This document shows positions 60,777 to 64,000 of a stretch of DNA of 64,000 nt, in pieces. This DNA comes from Promethearchaeota archaeon (lineage in GTDB: Archaea; Asgardarchaeota; Lokiarchaeia; Sigyniarchaeales; SOKP01), in NCBI GenBank assembly GCA_030599585.1, contig JAUVNS010000003.1, positions 288,001-352,000 on the forward strand, in the 5' to 3' direction. The position numbers were made by a program, and so were the translations under genes. Position 1 is the first letter of the stretch; each line of letters opens with the position of its first letter. The notes under the pieces are model-generated. The model saw only the letters and a list, made by a program, of their open reading frames with translations, did no database searches and had not been told where the DNA came from.

Positions 60777-61838
60777 TTAACCATCTATATGATATTTTTT
60801 GAACGATTGATCCTTATCTATTTCTTGTTTAAGCTTCTTATTTAGTAGATATTCATATTCTTTTTGTTCATAATCACTTTTCTCCAGAGTTACTTTATAA
60901 CTAACATTATCACTTTTTAGTGTATCTCCTTTTTTTAGATCCCTACTAGCAACTAATTGTTTTTCTCTGTTCTTGTATTTTAACTCCACTTCATTCAAAA
61001 TCGATAGGTTGTTGTCACCTAAAATGGTAATTAAACTATCCAATTCATTTCTTAGCACAATTAAATCTCGATGGCCCACCGCTGCTTCATAATCCGTCCT
61101 TTGTAACCCTTTCTTTAAAACTATATGCTTTTCAAATAACCTTGCCCCACAAAGGTATGCATATTTAACAATTTCATTCCCCCTCTTAATTTCAGAAAAG
61201 GAGGTATGATCTGCATATCCTAAAACGTTCTTATAATTCTCTTTCAAACTATGTAATTTTGATAGATTCAATTTTTCATAATCAGTCGGAAAACTTTGGA
61301 ATCCGTACATCAAAATTAAATTTGCTTTTATTGCAGATTTTAAGTTATCTATTTCTTCCATTGTAAAATTAATATCATCTAGAGTACGACCACCAACTCC
61401 AAGAATTATCACAGAGTTTAAATCAACTAATTTTTCTATATATGGAACTTGATTGAAACATATAGAATGAACCTCTATTGCATCTATAGAATCAATGTTC
61501 TCTCGTACTAGATCCAAGCTTTTCAAATCGATAGGCAAAATTACTACTTCTAAATTCTTGGATTTAGCATATTTTATTACATTAATCCAAGATTTTTTAT
61601 CAATATACCATTTATGGAAATTTTGAAAAATCTCCGTATTTTCAGTATATGAATCATCAATATCTAATAATATCTGAAATTTCACTCCATCTGCTTTTCC
61701 CTCAACGGCGGTATCGATTTGATTTTTTAGATAGTCGATGCTGCCTTCGTGAGAAAAAGCAGTTTCAGCTAGAACGAAGTAATTTTTATTTCCTTCCTTT
61801 ATTAATTCGTTTAGTTTTATCCTTTTCATAAAAATCAT
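60777..61838 (-). CDS. neuB: Second, divergent NeuB/SpsE-family synthase
   Basis: LAETAFSHEG, DGVKFQ, FPT, GYADHT, FEKH, SAF-like tail. The start may be the ATG at 61829. Confidence 0.8.
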   Translation of the reverse strand: MIFMKRIKLNELIKEGNKNYFVLAETAFSHEGSIDYLKNQIDTAVEGKADGVKFQILLDIDDSYTENTEIFQNFHKWYIDKKSWINVIKYAKSKNLEVVILPIDLKSLDLVRENIDSIDAIEVHSICFNQVPYIEKLVDLNSVIILGVGGRTLDDINFTMEEIDNLKSAIKANLILMYGFQSFPTDYEKLNLSKLHSLKENYKNVLGYADHTSFSEIKRGNEIVKYAYLCGARLFEKHIVLKKGLQRTDYEAAVGHRDLIVLRNELDSLITILGDNNLSILNEVELKYKNREKQLVASRDLKKGDTLKSDNVSYKVTLEKSDYEQKEYEYLLNKKLKQEIDKDQSFKKYHIDG

Positions 61839-62640
61839 CTTCCAATTTTACAATATTACATGTTTTATACTTTTCTTCTAATTCTTCTAAATATTCCCCG
61901 TAGATTTTTTTCGTATTGTTAGGAAAATTAATCTTAATATTACGACTGATTTCTAAATAAGGAATAGGGGTGGTTTTATTTAGATTTAATATATCATCTA
62001 AATATATCACTTTTTTTTCTTTTAGATGCTTCATAATAAAAAGAGTCCTTTCAAAATCCTCTGGTGTGTCCACTGTAAGACTAAACAATGGATTCTTCAT
62101 TATTGAAGGTGGATATAGGATCAATTTCCTTAAATTATTTTCGCTAAAGAAGATATAATAAGTCAGATATTCTGTCTGATCAAGATCTAAAGAGGAATAT
62201 ATTTTTTTTAATCCAGAAACAGAAAAAATCTCAGATGTAACTCCTAATGGAAGTGTGGTTGTTCTTGTATAATCAGCTTTGTGTTTATTGTGAAGTTCTA
62301 TCATTTTATCAGTAAATATCTCATCACAAAATATGTTGTCACCTGTAATTCTTATGACATTATCTGCATTTTCAAATGCTGCAACATTCAGCATTCGATC
62401 AATAACCACTTCTTTACTTCCTGCATACCCATAGATACCATTTTCTTTTGCGATTGAAAGTAGTATTTCATCATCAGGATCAACAGATGTACATAAATAT
62501 ATTTTATCAATATTATGAGCTCTTTTTACTCTATCTATTAAATGTTCAATCAGCTTTTTATTACCTATATCTCTTAGTACTTTTTTAGGTAATCTTCTTG
62601 AATTGGTCCTGGCAATTATACAACCAATAGTTTTTGGCAT
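61786..62640 (-). CDS. Cytidylyltransferase, SpsF/KdsB-like
   Basis: IIARTNSRRLPKKVL, CTS...DD, GS...V, RITGDN, LTVDTPEDF; overlaps the next gene by 44-53 nt. Confidence 0.88.
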   Translation of the reverse strand: MPKTIGCIIARTNSRRLPKKVLRDIGNKKLIEHLIDRVKRAHNIDKIYLCTSVDPDDEILLSIAKENGIYGYAGSKEVVIDRMLNVAAFENADNVIRITGDNIFCDEIFTDKMIELHNKHKADYTRTTTLPLGVTSEIFSVSGLKKIYSSLDLDQTEYLTYYIFFSENNLRKLILYPPSIMKNPLFSLTVDTPEDFERTLFIMKHLKEKKVIYLDDILNLNKTTPIPYLEISRNIKINFPNNTKKIYGEYLEELEEKYKTCNIVKLEDDFYEKDKTKRINKGRK

Positions 62641-62827
62641 GATTATTTCAAAACAACACTATTAGTATAACATTTATACTCGTAATGTTTAATTTTTTAT
62701 AGATTTCATTGAAAGTAATTTCTATGTCATACAATATTTGGAAAACTTTGATTCAAGATTTTGGGCAATCACCATCTAGCCCGTTTAGGATTAATTCTTC
62801 TAATCGTTATTGTTCATCTAGTTTTTC

Positions 62828-63071
62828 ATGAAACTATCCTTTTTTGAGTTTTTGGTAATGTTCTTTATTCTGGTATTTGAAGACCTTTACGGGATATCCT
62901 CCAGCAATCTCTATTTTGGTATATCAAGAAAAATGACCTTATTTTTGTATCTGACTTATAAGAAGCGATGAGTTTCATATTTCTTTTTAACACCGATTAA
63001 GGAACAATATATTTCAATGTTGAATTCTTTGTTATTCTGAGATTTCTGAATCTTTTCTTCCTCAGTATTAA
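62828..63071 (-). pseudogene. Degenerate, internally deleted copy of the LbH acetyltransferase at 54703-55242
   Basis: Translates as LILRKKRFRNLRITKNSTLKYIVP*SVLKRNMKLIASYKS...DIPK*-IAGGYPVKVFKYQNKEHYQKLKKG*FH, against the intact MKLTRKKFRSLKILRDSLLKYIDPKWVLKRNLKIIASYKS...DIPKYGIAGGHPAKVFKYRNKEHYETLKKEGKFH. Stops, frameshifts and about 100 codons missing. Confidence 0.9.
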
Positions 63072-63251
63072 TCAATCCCACTACTCTGAAAGACCATCTA
63101 ACTATTGAATTATACATTTAGGATTATTATAGCGAATTTATATTTTTTTCCAATTATTCATACTAATCCGTAGTTTATAGAATTAAATCTAAATAATTTC
63201 TCTTATTATACCTAAAGTTAAAATATTTTTTATAAAACATATTTAGTATTT

Positions 63252-63360
63252 AATCTTGAAAAATTAACCATCTCGATTAATTAAAGAATTTAATAAAGCA
63301 TAAATTATCCTTTTTATTATAAATTCATAGTCTAATAAGGAATTTCTCGCTTTAAACCAT
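63252..63360. repeat. Non-coding ~110-bp direct repeat, copy 2; probable promoter of the CDS at 63359
   Basis: Homologous to 56281-56390 and ends at the ATG at 63359. Confidence 0.85.
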
Positions 63361-64000
63361 GAAAGTATTGATACTTTACAACTTTTTTAATTATCAAAAT
63401 AAATTTCTGCCAAAGATTATTAAGAAATTACTCAAATATTATAATTCTTCAAAATTGAATTCAATTATATCTCAAATTAGAAAAGATTTCTCATATAACG
63501 TAGATATAACTGTTCTTACCCCAATAAATGAGGAATTGAAACTAAAATCAAAGATTTCACTTAAATTCTTGCCAAAATTAAGGGTTGAGATCGATCGTTT
63601 AATTTTTAGAGGAATCAAGGATGATGTAGTGCAAAAAACTAAGCAAACGTTAAAAACTCTTTATTCTAACTTATTAGATTTACAAATTTACTCTCTTAAG
63701 GGGACATTTTTACCTAAAATATTTGAATTCGAACTCTCATTATTTCTTAACGAATTTTTTGGGAAATATGAGTTAATAAAAAAAATAATTCAAGAAAGAG
63801 AATACGATGAAATTTATTTATGTAATATTAATAATAGGTCATTAGATTTTTTCAAAAAGATCAATTCAGATATGAAGTTATTCAATGACAATTTTTTCTT
63901 AAAAAATGCCAATCTCTTAAACGGGATAAGTACTATCCACTACCTTTTGATAACTTTGGGCCTAAATTTCAAAAGGATTTTATTCAAGAAGCAATTGCAA
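63359..64000 (+). CDS. Hypothetical protein, N-terminal 214 aa (runs off the window)
   Basis: Not in the ORF track. Open frame MKVLILYNFFNYQNKFLPK...RILFKKQLQ to the window end; no motif recognised. Confidence 0.75.
   Translation, partial: MKVLILYNFFNYQNKFLPKIIKKLLKYYNSSKLNSIISQIRKDFSYNVDITVLTPINEELKLKSKISLKFLPKLRVEIDRLIFRGIKDDVVQKTKQTLKTLYSNLLDLQIYSLKGTFLPKIFEFELSLFLNEFFGKYELIKKIIQEREYDEIYLCNINNRSLDFFKKINSDMKLFNDNFFLKNANLLNGISTIHYLLITLGLNFKRILFKKQLQ

Noticed and set aside
745-62158. The many 60-131 aa ORFs in the track that overlap long genes (e.g. 745-951, 3016-3234, 32102-32455, 44860-45138, 49576-49971)
   Set aside because: They are antisense or off-frame shadows of well-supported genes and show no recognisable motifs.
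1-64000. tRNA, rRNA, transposase or integrase genes
   Set aside because: No cloverleaf/T-loop signatures, rRNA-like GC-rich tracts or recombinase motifs were seen; intergenic gaps are short and AT-rich.

Overview
Very AT-rich archaeal window, most likely from an Asgard archaeon (Lokiarchaeia/Promethearchaeota-like). This is inferred from the archaeal-type IleRS, an E2-fold/RING protein, a NosD-type surface protein and frequent TTG starts. Most of the window is a large cell-surface glycan locus: about 11 soluble glycosyltransferases, two Wzx-type flippases, an ABC-2 exporter, three GT-C-like membrane proteins, rfbA/rfbB, wecB, several epimerases, a UGM-like flavoprotein, an AsnB-like amidotransferase, methyl- and acetyltransferases, a heparinase II/III-like protein and a nonulosonic-acid block with two NeuB synthases. 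It also holds a PAPS/sulfation module: RHH regulator, sat, AlkP enzyme, cysC, TauE, a heparan-sulfate-type sulfotransferase and a sulfatase-like protein. In the middle lie ileS and a 597-aa protein with four inactive UBC/RWD-like repeats and a C-terminal RING whose Cys/His spacing matches the three-zinc Rbx1/APC11 RING. That protein is the strongest candidate for a new system. Other highlights are 10-bp-phased AATTAT arrays shared by the two sulfur promoters, an RHH regulator ending in a sulfatase-type LRxLGY tail, and a duplicated acetyltransferase/promoter segment bracketing the NeuB block. There is also a probable ATT start codon and three CDSs absent from the ORF track. No rRNA, tRNA, CRISPR array or intact mobile element was seen. 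All assignments come from motifs read by eye; no searches were run.
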